Of a stretch of DNA of 64,000 nt, positions 38,972-50,380 are shown piece after piece (the stretch's first letter is position 1; each line of letters opens with the position of its first letter). The notes below the pieces were generated by a model. The model did no database searches, was not told where the DNA came from, and saw nothing but the letters and a program-made list of their open reading frames with translations. Position numbers and translations under genes: made by a program. The stretch is from Spirochaetia bacterium (GTDB lineage: Bacteria > Spirochaetota > Spirochaetia > SZUA-6 > Bin103), in assembly GCA_965203905.1 (NCBI GenBank), contig CBDBDQ010000005.1:576001-640000 (forward strand). The letters are read 5' to 3'.

Positions 38972-39686
38972 GTAAGACTGCTTCTTTCGCCCGGAGCGTC
39001 GTGTAGTTCACCCCCCGCCGGATTGGTCGTCGGTCGTCGAAACAGGGCGCTTGGGGCGCTTGGTACGGAACGGACAGCATCACGGGTGCCGCCAACTATC
39101 CCTTCGGGCCTGCTTGTCGTCCGGGCGTCGAGTTGCTGCCTCGCCAGTTCGGACAAGGAGGTCAGGCGTAGATCGGGGTAACCAGGCCGACGCTCGCCTG
39201 CTCTGCGATGGTGCGCACCCGAACCATCACGGCCTGAGCGGCATGTCGCGCGTCCGGATGCTTCCGCTCAATCAATCTGCGGACGCTGGTCACCAACCGG
39301 CCGTACGACTACGCCGTGGTTCTCACCGGGCGCCGCCACGCTCGCCGCAAGGCCGACCTGCTCAGCACCGAGCCGAAGCCGATGGCCGCGTACTTCCCTC
39401 CCGATGAACTGTATCTCGTCCGGGTCAGCTTCCGCGGCGGTTCCACATGGCACTGCCCCGGCCGCCGACCCTGCGGCATCTACGACTTGCCGGCCATCAG
39501 CGACCAGCATCCCCTGAACCGGGTCAACCAGTTGCCGCCGAAGGAGCGGAGAGCCCGCGGCTTCGATTCCGAAATCGTGTTGCCGCGCGCTACTCCGTCG
39601 CCACCGGCGCATCGCCATCCTTCCGCCGGCGGGGAGTGATTGGCACCGCGGAGAGGCTGGCGGAGGCCGCGGAGCGCATGAAGGCT

Positions 39687-41432
39687 CTACGCCGTCCGTG
39701 GGGTGTCCACGTGGACGGTCACGATTTCGGTGTCGTGGTACTGCTCGTGGCGCACCGATGACGCGAGGTGGCGCAGGAGGCGCAGGGAGATCTCCCGCTC
39801 ATCCGGAACCTCGGCCGAGCTGGCGTCGACCAGGGCCAGTCGATCCTGGAGGTTGTCATGGCCGGTGGAGGCGATGAACTCCAGCACCGCCCCGCCGTCT
39901 TCCTTGCGCGCGACCAGGAGCAGGCGCCGAGCCTCGCCCCCCGCATCCTCCTGTGCCACCAGCGATGCCAGCGTCTCCTCGCCCGCCGCCTCCAGGCGTT
40001 GCGTCATCGCCGCGTCCCAGCCGTTGCGCTGCGCGAAGGTGTCGAGGAAGCGGGTGATCTGCGGCAGGTTGGAGAGATCCGCCTCGACCTCCAGCCGGCG
40101 GCGGCGCGGTGCGGTCAACTCCATGAACAACGTCATCAGAATCGCCACCAGGCCGCCGGCCGTCATGCCGTTCTGCAGCAGGCCGCCGGCGAACTCGGCG
40201 AAGTACTCGGGAAAGATCACGCCGTTCTGGAACCCCACCCCGGCCCAGAAGGAGACCCCGACCACCAGGCCCTTGCGATAGTCGATTCCATCCTGAATCA
40301 CCATCTTCATTCCGGTCACGAAGAGCATGGCCAGGAGTACCGTGACGTAGGCCGCCGCTACCGGGGGCGGAATCGCCAGCACCACGGCGAGCGCCTTGGG
40401 CAGGAACGCCAGTGCCACGAAGATGACGCCGATGGCGATCCCGACGCCGCGCGCGCCGACGCCCGTAAGCTCGGTTACCGCGATGCTGGTGGAATAAGTG
40501 GTGTTCGGTACGGTGCCGGCGAGGCCCGAGAGCAGGTTGCCGGTGCCGTCGGCGGCCACCGCACCCTGCACGGCGCGGAAGTCCACCGCCCGCGGCCGGC
40601 GCCACGAGACGCGCTGGATCGCCACGCCGTCGCCGATCGTCTCGATGGCGCCGACCAGGGTCACGAACACGAATGCCGGCAGCAACGCCCAGAACACCGG
40701 CCCGAAGCCGAGGTCGAAGCCGGGCCACGCGGTGTTCGGGATGCCTACCCACCCCGCCTGCGCGACCGATTGCATGTCGTAGAGGCCGAATGCCCCGGCC
40801 ACCACCGAGCCGGCGACGACGCCGATGACCGGGGCCCAGAGACGCAGGGGGCCGGCCGCCTTCAGGGCGATGCCGGTGATGATCAGCACGGTCGCCACGG
40901 CGCTCACCGGTGCGGACAGCGGCGGCGCACCCTCCGGCACCTGGGTCAGCATGTCGAACACGATCGGCATCACCGTGACCGCGATCAGCATGATCACCGT
41001 TCCCGCCACCGTGGGCGTGAGGATCCTGCGCAGCAGGGACAGGCGTGCCGCGAGCACGAACTGGAACAACGACGAGATGACCACCAGGGTGGCGAGCATC
41101 GCCGGGCCGCCCTTGGCGAGAGCGGCCACGCACACCGCTATGAATGCCCCCGAGGTACCCATCAGCAGCACGTAGCCGGCGCCGATGCGGCCCACCCGGA
41201 CCGCTTGCAGCACGGTCGTGGTGCCGCTGACCGCGACCGCCGCAAACACCGCCCACGACAGGTAGGTCTCGCTGCCGCCGGCGGCGGTCACCACGATCGC
41301 CGGCGTCAGCACCACCCCGGCGATGCACAGAATCGTAAACTGCAGGCCGAGGCCGAAGGTCAACAGCTTCGGCGGCTTGTCGTTCGGTTCGTAGCGGACG
41401 CCGGTGCGGCGGGCGGAATCGTCGGTCTGCAT
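39687..41432 (-). CDS. NCS2 xanthine/uracil permease fused to an RsbW/GHKL-like C-terminal domain
   Basis: FGLGLQF, SGTTTVLQ, LMGTSGAF, ETIGD, PNTTYS; extra ~140-aa soluble tail. Confidence 0.88.
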   Translation of the reverse strand: MQTDDSARRTGVRYEPNDKPPKLLTFGLGLQFTILCIAGVVLTPAIVVTAAGGSETYLSWAVFAAVAVSGTTTVLQAVRVGRIGAGYVLLMGTSGAFIAVCVAALAKGGPAMLATLVVISSLFQFVLAARLSLLRRILTPTVAGTVIMLIAVTVMPIVFDMLTQVPEGAPPLSAPVSAVATVLIITGIALKAAGPLRLWAPVIGVVAGSVVAGAFGLYDMQSVAQAGWVGIPNTAWPGFDLGFGPVFWALLPAFVFVTLVGAIETIGDGVAIQRVSWRRPRAVDFRAVQGAVAADGTGNLLSGLAGTVPNTTYSTSIAVTELTGVGARGVGIAIGVIFVALAFLPKALAVVLAIPPPVAAAYVTVLLAMLFVTGMKMVIQDGIDYRKGLVVGVSFWAGVGFQNGVIFPEYFAEFAGGLLQNGMTAGGLVAILMTLFMELTAPRRRRLEVEADLSNLPQITRFLDTFAQRNGWDAAMTQRLEAAGEETLASLVAQEDAGGEARRLLLVARKEDGGAVLEFIASTGHDNLQDRLALVDASSAEVPDEREISLRLLRHLASSVRHEQYHDTEIVTVHVDTPRTA

Positions 41433-41706
41433 GAGGTCTCCCAGTTCTGGCTCACGCTAGCGGAATCTCGGACTCCCTGTCAAATTCGATTGCGACGCCC
41501 CATGCGTCGCTGGAGCCTCCGATGCCGGGCATGATCTCCATTACGCCTGAACCGATCGGGTGCGCGGCGTAGTGCCGCAGGCCCGGTACGGAGGACGGGA
41601 CTCACCTCTCTCCAGGACCTAACAACAACTCGCTTCATGAGGTTAGCGACTTCGGTTTCGTTGGCCCTGCTCGACTCGCCGCACTAAGGGCGGGTGCTCC
41701 GTTAGT

Positions 41707-42141
41707 ATGCGGGCAAACATGGGCAACACAGACTGTACGATTTGCCGGATCGTGGCCGGCGAGCTGCCTTCCGCTCCGGTCCTGGAGGCCCCCGGGGTGG
41801 TCGCATTCATGGATCTGCGGCAGCCACAACCGGGCCACGTGCTGGTAGTGCCGCGCGCCCACTACGCACGCCTGGGCGAGCTGCCGGCCGATCTGGCGTG
41901 CGCCATGACGCGGGCGGCGTTGCGCCTGGCCGCGGCGATCTACCGCGCACTCGCACCCGCCGGCATCAACCTCACGCTGGCCGACGGCCGCGCCGCCGGG
42001 CAGGAACTCATGCACGTGCACCTGCACATCCGCCCACGCGCCCCCGGAGACGGCGTGCTCACCGTCCGTCCCTGCGACCCGTCCGGCCAAGCCGAGCTGT
42101 CCGCCCTCGCCGCCCGCATCCGCACCGGCCTGACCGAGTGA
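41707..42141 (+). CDS. HIT family protein
   Basis: CTICRIVAGE, PGHVLVVP, HVHLHIRPR. Confidence 0.93.
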   Translation: MRANMGNTDCTICRIVAGELPSAPVLEAPGVVAFMDLRQPQPGHVLVVPRAHYARLGELPADLACAMTRAALRLAAAIYRALAPAGINLTLADGRAAGQELMHVHLHIRPRAPGDGVLTVRPCDPSGQAELSALAARIRTGLTE

Positions 42142-42387
42142 GCGGGCAAGCGGCTGCCACGGCTCGGCACGTTTCCGCATGAGAGTCGCGCTCAGCCACT
42201 TTGACATCACGCCGCGCCGTGCCGGACCGCCGCCAGCGATGCAGTCGCCAGCGGTCGCGGAGGTCAGGCGTCGGGCTCACACTGTGTCGTCCTGAGCTGC
42301 TCAGCCGAATTCCGTTGCCGGCGCTCGGTCCAGAACACGGCGGCAACGCCGCCCGCTTACACGCAAGTGACCCTCACACCTCGCAGG

Positions 42388-44172
42388 TCACGAATCGTCA
42401 CTCCTTCGGTACCAGGCGGCCTGGGCCGTGAACATGCGGTGGTACAGGCCGCGGCGAGCGAGCAATTGCCCGTGGGTGCCGTCTTCGACGACGCGGCCGC
42501 CGTCGAGCACCAGGATACGGTCGGCCAGCCGCGCCGAGGCGAGGCGGTGGGTGACGATGATGGCCGTACGCTCGGCCGCGATCCTCATGAACCGCTCGTA
42601 CACCGCCTGCTCCTCCAGCGGGTCGATCGACGCCGTCGGTTCGTCCAGCAGGATCGTATCATGTTCGCGGAACAGCCCGCGTGCGATCGCCAGCCGCTGC
42701 CACTGCCCGAGGGAGAGGTCGCGGGTGCCGAACTCGCGCGACAGCATCACGTCCAGGCCGTCGGGGCCCTGCCACAGCTGTTCGGGGACGCCTCCTTCAC
42801 GCAACGCCCGCAGCAATCGTTCCTCGTCGTCCACCGCCGTGGTGTCGGCCAGGATCACGTTGTCGCGCAGGCTCATCTGGTAGCGCTGAAAGTTCTGGAA
42901 CACCGCCGAAGTGCCGGCCTGGATGCTGCGCCTGGTCGCCTCCCGCGTATCGACGCCGCGCCTGACCACCTGTCCGCCGGTCGGCACGTAGAGGCCCAAC
43001 AGCAACTTGGCGAGCGTGGTCTTGCCGGCCCCGTTGGCGCCCACCAGGGCGAGCGTGGTGCCGGGCGCGACTTTCAGATCGACCCCGCTCACCGCTGTCC
43101 GCTCGGTCCCCGGGTAGGTGAAAGTAACCGCCCGCGCCGTTATGCCGACCGCGGACTCGCCACCCGCACCATTCTCCATCGGCCGACCCTCATCGCGCTC
43201 GAGAAACTCGATGAAGTGCGCTGCCGTGGCACTGGCGCGATAGGACTCGCCGAACATCTCCGTTACCGCCTTGGTCATCAGCATGAACTTGCTGACCGCG
43301 TAGACCACCACCGCGAACCCGCCGACGCTGATGCTGCCCCGCGCCAGCAGCAACGCCGCCAGCACAAACGCACCGCCATAGCCGAGCACGACGAGCACGT
43401 TCAGGCCCAAGTCTATCCGAGCCATGCGCCGGTCCTCGCGCCAGCGGTGCGTGTTGAAACGGCGGATCGTGTCCCGATAGCGCTGCAGCAGGTGAGATCC
43501 AACTCCCAGAATGCGGGTCTCCTTGAAATACTCGCGATCGACCATGCACTGCTCCAGGTATTGGAACTCCCGTAGCATTGGAACCGTCTTACGTTCGAGC
43601 TGATAGTAGCGACTACCGCGCACCAAGTGGCTCACGATACGCGGGGCGAAGATCAGCGGTATCACCAACGCCAGCGGTGGAGAGAGCGTATAGAGATATA
43701 TGCCGGCAAGGGTGAAGAACACCAATTGGAAGACGGGGAATAGAAAGGACAGAAGCATTGAAACCGCACCGTATTTTCCCGCAGAAGCCAACTCCAGACG
43801 TTCGTGCGCATCAAGGGTCTCGAAGTCGATCACCTCCAACCGTCTGACCTTCTCATTCATCGTCTCGGTGAGTGCACCAACGCTCTTGCCCCAAAACAAC
43901 GTGCCGATCGGATCAGCAATCATCTCCAGCAATTCCGGGATCACAAGCACAATCCCGACAACCACAATAGCCTCAACCAGCTCATGCAAGCGCTCGGTGT
44001 CGCTGAGCCGCGAGATCACCCGTTCCAGGAGGTGAAATCCGAGTACGTTGGTCGCCATGAGGACGAGATCGACAATCACGAGTGACAGGAATACGACTGG
44101 AACCCGGCGGCCCACGATGCCCGTGATGCGGGCCAGGATGCGTAGATAGGAAGGACGGCTATTCTGCTTCAT
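42388..44172 (-). CDS. ABC exporter (TMD+NBD)
   Basis: GANGAGKT, LSLGQWQR, LLDEPTASIDP. Confidence 0.93.
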   Translation of the reverse strand: MKQNSRPSYLRILARITGIVGRRVPVVFLSLVIVDLVLMATNVLGFHLLERVISRLSDTERLHELVEAIVVVGIVLVIPELLEMIADPIGTLFWGKSVGALTETMNEKVRRLEVIDFETLDAHERLELASAGKYGAVSMLLSFLFPVFQLVFFTLAGIYLYTLSPPLALVIPLIFAPRIVSHLVRGSRYYQLERKTVPMLREFQYLEQCMVDREYFKETRILGVGSHLLQRYRDTIRRFNTHRWREDRRMARIDLGLNVLVVLGYGGAFVLAALLLARGSISVGGFAVVVYAVSKFMLMTKAVTEMFGESYRASATAAHFIEFLERDEGRPMENGAGGESAVGITARAVTFTYPGTERTAVSGVDLKVAPGTTLALVGANGAGKTTLAKLLLGLYVPTGGQVVRRGVDTREATRRSIQAGTSAVFQNFQRYQMSLRDNVILADTTAVDDEERLLRALREGGVPEQLWQGPDGLDVMLSREFGTRDLSLGQWQRLAIARGLFREHDTILLDEPTASIDPLEEQAVYERFMRIAAERTAIIVTHRLASARLADRILVLDGGRVVEDGTHGQLLARRGLYHRMFTAQAAWYRRSDDS

Positions 44173-46024
44173 ACCAGCTCTTCTGTGCCGTAAACATCTC
44201 CGCATACATGCCATCCTGACGCATCAGATCGGTGTGCGTGCCCGACTCGCTGATCACACCCCCGTCGATCACCAGGATCTGGTCCGCAATCTTGGTCGAC
44301 CCCAGGCGATGACTGATGAACAGAGTCGTCAGCCCCACCGACACCCGGGAGTAGGATTCGTACACCTCGCTCTCCGCAAGCGGGTCCAGCGCTGCAGTTG
44401 GCTCATCGAGGATGCGTACCGGCGCCGCACTGGCCAGCGAGCGGGCCACGGCAAGCCGTTGCCACTGGCCTCCCGACACGTCCACGCCGCCAGCCAATAC
44501 CTTCCCCAGCGGCGTGTCGTAGCCGCGTGGCAAGTGCTTTACGAAGCCGTTGAGGCCGGCGAGCTCCAAGCTTGCTGCTACCGAGGAGTCGTCCTCGGTG
44601 GAGAGACCACCAAGGGCAATGTTGTCGCGCACCGTAAGCGAGTAGCGCGCATAATCCTGGAACACGACACCAAAGAGCCCATTCAGGGCATCCTGTGACC
44701 ACTCCTCGATCGGTATGTCGTTGATCACAATCCTGCCACCCGTTGGCTGATACAATCCCAGCATCAGCTTCGTAATAGTGGACTTCCCAGACCCGTTGGC
44801 ACCGACGAGCGCGTAGTGGCGCCCCGCATGAATCCGAAAACTGACCCCGTTCAGGACCGGTACCTCCGTACCCGGATACCGAAAGCTGACGCTGTCGAAC
44901 TCGATTGACTTGAAGGCGCGTTCCGAAACCCGTCGTGTTAGCGACCGGTGTGTCTCAGTCAGGGCCGCGAACCACGTCAGATCGACGAAGTACTCCCGAT
45001 GTTGGGCGAGACGAGACGTGACATCGACCAGCTCCTGGCTGATGGTGCGTTGTGCATGCAATAGTGCGGTCACCGCCGCCACGTAGAAGGCGACGTCAAT
45101 CACGCCGGCCTTCAGCGGCTGGAGAAACGCCAGCATAGCGGCGATGATGCCAACAATGATCAGTAGTGCTGCGGTCTTGGTTTGGAGCCAAGTCCGGAGG
45201 TTCCACAGCGCCTGCAATCGGATCACAGGGTCAAAGAACGCCCGCCAACGGGAATTCACGTACCTGGTATAACCAAACAAGGTGCGCTCGGAGGCCGCTT
45301 CGCGCCCCTGAAGCACCGCTTCAGACAGGTACTCGGCACGGCGCCGGCGGTGTGCAACCCGGCGCTCGAAACCGTACAGCCGGCGCCCGCTCCTCACTCC
45401 GAGGAGAACGAACGGTACCATGACCACCATCACCACCAGCACGATCCACCATTCGAGTCGGGCAAGGACGATGGCTATTCCCAACACCCGTACGGCGATG
45501 GCGACCAACGCAATGCCATCGTCGAAGGTTTGTTTCGTGGGGCCTCGCTCAGGTGCCGGCTGTGATTCCATCTGCGGGCCCGAAGCGACGCGACGCAACA
45601 GGTCAGCGGTCTTGGGATCTTCGATGTATCGATACTCCAGTTGCGCCCGTTTCTCGGTCAGGTCGGAGCGAAAGCCGTTGCGCAGCCCAATTTCGATGCG
45701 GGCGTCAGCCAGACCGCGAACGACCGTCTCCAAGACCTCCACCGCGAGTAGCGCGAGAAGGATGATCACCGGCATCGCGATCTCGGCGAACGCGAGCTGG
45801 CCGCCCGCGACATCGAGCGCGGTGGCGATGAAGCGCTCGGTGGCCAGCACCAGCAGTGGACCGGTGGCGGCGCCAGCGGCGAGGGCCACGAGGGCCCGTA
45901 CCACAGCGGCGACCGGGGCGTCCTGGAACACGATCCAGAGACCGCGCAGCAGGGTATAGCGCGACCCGTGGAGCCGCTGCCGGGAACGTGAGCGAAGACC
46001 ATGGCGTTCTTCGCCAGCACTCAC
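44159..46024 (-). CDS. ABC exporter (TMD+NBD), probable heterodimer partner
   Basis: GANGSGKS, VSGGQWQR, ILDEPTAALDP. Confidence 0.93.
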   Translation of the reverse strand: MSAGEERHGLRSRSRQRLHGSRYTLLRGLWIVFQDAPVAAVVRALVALAAGAATGPLLVLATERFIATALDVAGGQLAFAEIAMPVIILLALLAVEVLETVVRGLADARIEIGLRNGFRSDLTEKRAQLEYRYIEDPKTADLLRRVASGPQMESQPAPERGPTKQTFDDGIALVAIAVRVLGIAIVLARLEWWIVLVVMVVMVPFVLLGVRSGRRLYGFERRVAHRRRRAEYLSEAVLQGREAASERTLFGYTRYVNSRWRAFFDPVIRLQALWNLRTWLQTKTAALLIIVGIIAAMLAFLQPLKAGVIDVAFYVAAVTALLHAQRTISQELVDVTSRLAQHREYFVDLTWFAALTETHRSLTRRVSERAFKSIEFDSVSFRYPGTEVPVLNGVSFRIHAGRHYALVGANGSGKSTITKLMLGLYQPTGGRIVINDIPIEEWSQDALNGLFGVVFQDYARYSLTVRDNIALGGLSTEDDSSVAASLELAGLNGFVKHLPRGYDTPLGKVLAGGVDVSGGQWQRLAVARSLASAAPVRILDEPTAALDPLAESEVYESYSRVSVGLTTLFISHRLGSTKIADQILVIDGGVISESGTHTDLMRQDGMYAEMFTAQKSWYEAE

Positions 46025-46286
46025 GGGACAGTCGTCCTGGACATGTCTCGCATCCTGAACACCTCGTAGAGGTCCGTCAATAGATAGGGGATCATTATCA
46101 AGTGGTACCCGAGCGGTTCAACGCTCGCGCTGATCGCGAAATGACGCGCGGCGAGCGGCCACGACGCACGGCGTGACTGCTCGCGTCAATCCGCCAGTGG
46201 AATACCGAGCAATCGCCATCAGATCGGACGCATAAACAGTGAGGTGAGCAATGTGTCAGGAGACAAGCCGGTCACTGCTGAGTTCA

Positions 46287-46762
46287 TCAAGTCTCAGGAG
46301 ATCCTGTGCTATTCCGCGGACTTTCCATCTGATAGTGCGTAGCGCAGTCGCCGACAATCGTGAATCCCAACCGCTGGTAGAACCTGAGACCACGCGGATT
46401 CACCTTCAGCACCTGAAGTTCACAGATTTCCGGGCGAGCCTAGCCTCATCAACAATCCGTGTCATACACGCGAAACCGATTCCACGACCCTGGTACTCAG
46501 GGAGAATAAAGAGTTGGTTAACCTTGATCACGTTCGAAGAACGAGACATTGCCAAGAAGCCGACATCTGCGTCACGCAGGCGGATGATCCGAAAGTCTTG
46601 TGCGGCAAACCGCCTGTTGTGTAGTTCTCGTTGAGAGCTGTCATCCCAGCCCCAGACATTCTCCACATACTCTTGGAATGCGGCCTTCTTTACAGAAAAA
46701 ACGAACTCGCTGTCGTTGGCATGCGCTGTACGAAATCCCAGTTCCCTCACCAGAGTCGCCAT
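46287..46762 (-). pseudogene. GNAT acetyltransferase, frameshifted
   Basis: ILPEYQGRGIG; continuation LQVLKVNPRGLRFYQRLGF in another frame from ~46420. Confidence 0.85.
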
Positions 46763-46889
46763 CAGATCACAACATTCTAACCAGGAATGGCGCAGGAGAA
46801 ACAGATCTGGGCAAAGCTAATCGCCCAGAACTCCTGTTGGCCCGGCGTCGAAGTACCAATACCGAGCCGTTGGCGGTGCGCGTTGCGCT

Positions 46890-47050
46890 CAGCCCTGGAT
46901 ATCGACCAGCGCCTGCCCGCAGGCCTCGATCGGGCTGTCGGCGAGCGCGAGCGTCTGTTCTCAGCCGGCGAACGGCAGAGGCTGACCCTCGCCCGCGCCA
47001 TGCTGCTCGATCGTCCGGTCCTGGTATCGGATGAAGCGACCTCGCAGCTT
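46890..47050 (+). pseudogene. ABC NBD fragment
   Basis: LPAGLDRAVGERERLFSAGERQRLTLARAMLLDRPVLVSDEATSQL, with no Walker A or TMD. Confidence 0.75.
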
Positions 47051-47253
47051 ACCGCAAGGCCGATCAGTCCGAAACTGCTCGGGGCGCGCGAACCGGGAAC
47101 CGTGATCGTTCATCGCCCCACCGGGTCAGTCCCATCGTCGACCTGCCGCGCATCCTCGTGCTTCAGGGCGGACGCATCGCAGCGGAGGCCAAATCGAATT
47201 GCAGAGCCACGCTTGACTAACGCCGTATTCCCCCACTAACGTCCGGGCCCTCA

Positions 47254-47947
47254 ATGGACGTCACTGATCGCGGATTCGCTCGGCAACTGCAGGAACAGCA
47301 CGCCCGCCGTGACGACCATCTCGGCTGGTTCAAGGCGCTGTATCAGGCGGCACGAGACCGTAACGCACGCATCCCGTGGGCAGATCGGGCGCCGACCTCC
47401 CACTTGCTCACTTGGCATCGCGGGACTCGGCACGAACTGAGCAGCCACGCGTGTCTGGTCGTCGGCGGCGGTCTCGATGACGACGGGGAGTACCTCGCGG
47501 GCGCCGGCGTTACGGGCGTTGGACATCGCCCCCAGCTCTATCGAGCGGTGCCGAACCCGGTTTCCACGCTCGCGCGTGAACTATCAAGTGCGTGATCTGT
47601 TCGATCTTCCAGCCCACTGGAGCGAACGCTTCGACCTCGTAGCAGAGATCTATACCCTGCAGGTACTTCCGACCCATCTGCGCGCACCGGCGCCCGTCGC
47701 CATGGTCGCGTTGGTGGCCCTGGGGCGAACGTCGTTGCTGATTACTCGCGGCCGGGACGGCGACGAAGGCAAGTTACCCTGGCCGGTCACACTGAAGGAG
47801 CTCAGTGCTGTGGCTGGCACAGGGCTAACCCAAGCCAGATTCCGGGACTTTGTCGACCAGGAAGATCCGCCGGTACGACGGTTCAGAGTCCGCTACGAAC
47901 GAACCACGAAGCAGGTTCTTAGGCAGACTTCGGTCCGAGGGAGGTGA
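47254..47947 (+). pseudogene. TPMT-like SAM methyltransferase, frameshifted
   Basis: GWFKALY, IPWAD, eroded motif I VVGGGLDDD; continues in ORF 47477-47947 (FDLVAEIYTLQVLP). Confidence 0.8.
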
Positions 47948-48726
47948 TAGTGGTTGTAGACTTCGATGGTAGTCGTTATCGAGCGGCATCGGCACACCAA
48001 CAGGAGTGGGGTGCACGGCTGATCGATGAGCTCACGCTAACAGGCAACGAAGATATCCTCGACATTGGCTGCGGCGACGGTTCGCTGACAGCCAGCCTTG
48101 CAGAAGCAGTTCCGGATGGCTCTGTCGTCGGCATTGATTCGTCGGCGGGAATGATCCGCACAGCGAGTCGTTTGACTCGGCCTAATCTATCGTTCCGATT
48201 GGTCGATGTGTGCGAATCTGAGTACTCCGACGAATTCGATGTCGTATTTACGAATGCTACGCTGCATTGGATAAAGGACCATCAGAGACTGCTTACGGTT
48301 CTCCATCGTGCGCTCAAGGAGGGCGGCGTATTAAGAGCGAACTTCGCCGGCCATGGGAACTGTGAAACGCTAAGTGGAGTTGTTAGATCTCTGATGGAGA
48401 GTGAAGATTTTAGAGGCGAATTCGATGACTTCGATTGGCCGTGGTACATGCCAACAGTCAATGCGTATAGCGAACTTATGGAGGCATCACGATTTCGCAG
48501 CACCAACGTGTGGGGCGAAACCGCAGATAGATTGTTTCCGAACACGGATGCAATGCTCATGTGGATTGACAATCCCGCGATTGTTCCGTTCAAACAGCAC
48601 TTGCAAGGACCGATTGCAGAGCAGTTCCAGCAAGCGGTGAACGAACGTATGATCGTTGCAACCGCGCGTCCTGACGGACGGTGCTTCGAAATGTTCCGAA
48701 GGATCAATATCCTGGCCAGGAAGTAG
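47944..48726 (+). CDS. Class I SAM methyltransferase (Tam-like)
   Basis: ILDIGCGDG, GIDSSAGMI, FDVVFTNATLHW. Confidence 0.92.
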   Translation: MIVVVDFDGSRYRAASAHQQEWGARLIDELTLTGNEDILDIGCGDGSLTASLAEAVPDGSVVGIDSSAGMIRTASRLTRPNLSFRLVDVCESEYSDEFDVVFTNATLHWIKDHQRLLTVLHRALKEGGVLRANFAGHGNCETLSGVVRSLMESEDFRGEFDDFDWPWYMPTVNAYSELMEASRFRSTNVWGETADRLFPNTDAMLMWIDNPAIVPFKQHLQGPIAEQFQQAVNERMIVATARPDGRCFEMFRRINILARK

Positions 48727-49528
48727 CACAGCCTGTGGCACTGGAGCGGTGCCGATTCCGGTCGCCGAATGTGATGGTGTTTCGGCTGAGGGAGGCTCGC
48801 CGTATGGACCGGGCGCTACCTGCGCGAGTTTGTGGCACGCCGTACGAGCGGTCCGCCGGAGGCAACCTACTTCGCCGTCGTATAGACTGACGTCCAGCAT
48901 GGATGGAAACCTGCCGACTGTGCGGTGCGCCGAGACTGCTGCAACAGGGACATCGCGGCCCTGATGAGCTGCCCCAACTGCAATCCGGGCATGTGGGAAG
49001 TCCACTTGATCCACCGATTCGAGCAACTCTGCACCGCCAATTTTGATCGTGTATCCGGCGGTCACCATCATGTGCGGGTAGCTAGTCCTAACTGGAGGTC
49101 ACGTGGCAAAGCTGCGGCCCTCTCGACAGGAACAATCCTGCACCTGCCTTGCGGACTCGCCGAGCAGCTCCAGGCTAAACGCATAATCGGGCTGCGCATT
49201 CCGGAACAATTCGCCAACCCAGAAATCCAGATCCGAGTAGCAGACACGATTACGCTTACACCTATGGATACGATATCTAGCTCTCTTCGCTCCGCGCAAA
49301 GCGCCTTCGGCGTGCACTATTGTTGTGATCAGGAACCAACTCCGTGACGTACACCCCGATACGCGTCCGCCGCAAGAGTGGCAGCAATCGTCTCAGCAGC
49401 ATGCCGTCTGGTTACCGTCATGTGTCTGTAGAACGACATTGACCTTGATCTGATCTCTCGGGTCTTGCTTAATCTGTGCCATCGCTACTCTTCTAATTGG
49501 GATTTATCTTTGATACACCGGTGCAGGA

Positions 49529-49948
49529 CTACAACAGCTTTCGAAAATAGGTAGCAGACTTTTCATAACCCAGTGCTCGGTAGAAACCGGAGGCCCGTCG
49601 CGTGGCAAGCGCAACGAGCCTCGTGGCCCGGCGAGCTGCCCACCTCTCGAACGCCGTCATCAACGAACGTCCGACCCCCTTCTTCCTGTGGGTGGAGCTC
49701 ACCACTATCTCCTCCACCCAAGCCACCCTGCCATTGGCGAAGAAGGTAGTATGCTCGAAGCCGAGACAGTAGCCGACCACTTCCTTGCTATCTACGGCCA
49801 CCAGGAGTCTGGCATGTTCATCCGTCAATACTTGTCGAAACGCCGTCGAGAACGCCAGTTTCTCTACATCAAACGAAGTAGCTAAGTCGCACGCGAGAGA
49901 AAACACTTCATCTCCGTCGTCACACGTGGCTTCTCTGATCCGTATCAT
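49529..49948 (-). CDS. GNAT acetyltransferase
   Basis: WVEEIVV..HRKKGVGRSLM, ASGFYRALGY; RBS aaggag. Confidence 0.9.
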   Translation of the reverse strand: MIRIREATCDDGDEVFSLACDLATSFDVEKLAFSTAFRQVLTDEHARLLVAVDSKEVVGYCLGFEHTTFFANGRVAWVEEIVVSSTHRKKGVGRSLMTAFERWAARRATRLVALATRRASGFYRALGYEKSATYFRKLL

Positions 49949-50029
49949 GGCCCGGTTCTCCTTTCGCGAGTGTAGCTGGCGGGCACCGTGAGGTAGTTTC
50001 TGGGGTGCTAATACACAGTGCCTCACGTC

Positions 50030-50325
50030 GTCGGTGCCCCGTTGTATGAAGATCCGCCGTTTCCCGTTGTTGCGCAAGGTCCTCGATTTGGCGCGCTACC
50101 CCAACGGCTACGTCAAGTTCACGCCGCGGGTGGATCCCGCACCGAAATCTACCGGTTCTCCGACCTGCACGCGGTGTACGAGCGGATCTACGACGCATTC
50201 GGTCCGCAACGCCTGCTGTGGGGCAACGATTCCCCGCCCATCTTCCGCAACATCGGCTGCCGCGCAGGCCTGGACCCGTTCCGCGGCCACATGGCGTTCC
50301 GCAACGAGGAGGACAAGCAGTGGGA
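50030..50325 (+). pseudogene. Amidohydrolase_2 C-terminal fragment
   Basis: LARYPNGYVKF and YDAFGPQRLLWGNDSPP split across frames. Confidence 0.7.
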
Positions 50326-50380
50326 CCGTGTACGTTGGTTCGCAACCCTCCCGGCGCAGATCAGATTTCGGTTCTTGCGC

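Noticed and set aside
39243-39639. Possible decayed gene (..NRPYDYAVVLTGRR..)
   Set aside because: Frame-broken and no family recognised
41617-41707. attC-like ACCTAAC...GTTAG pair before the HIT gene
   Set aside because: L boxes pair poorly, there is no second copy and no integrase
46213-46768. 13-bp direct repeat TCGCCATCAGATC around the GNAT pseudogene
   Set aside because: Short enough to arise by chance somewhere in 64 kb, and one copy is the gene's own start
48730-49500. Short ORFs in a lower-GC stretch
   Set aside because: No recognisable motifs; probably debris
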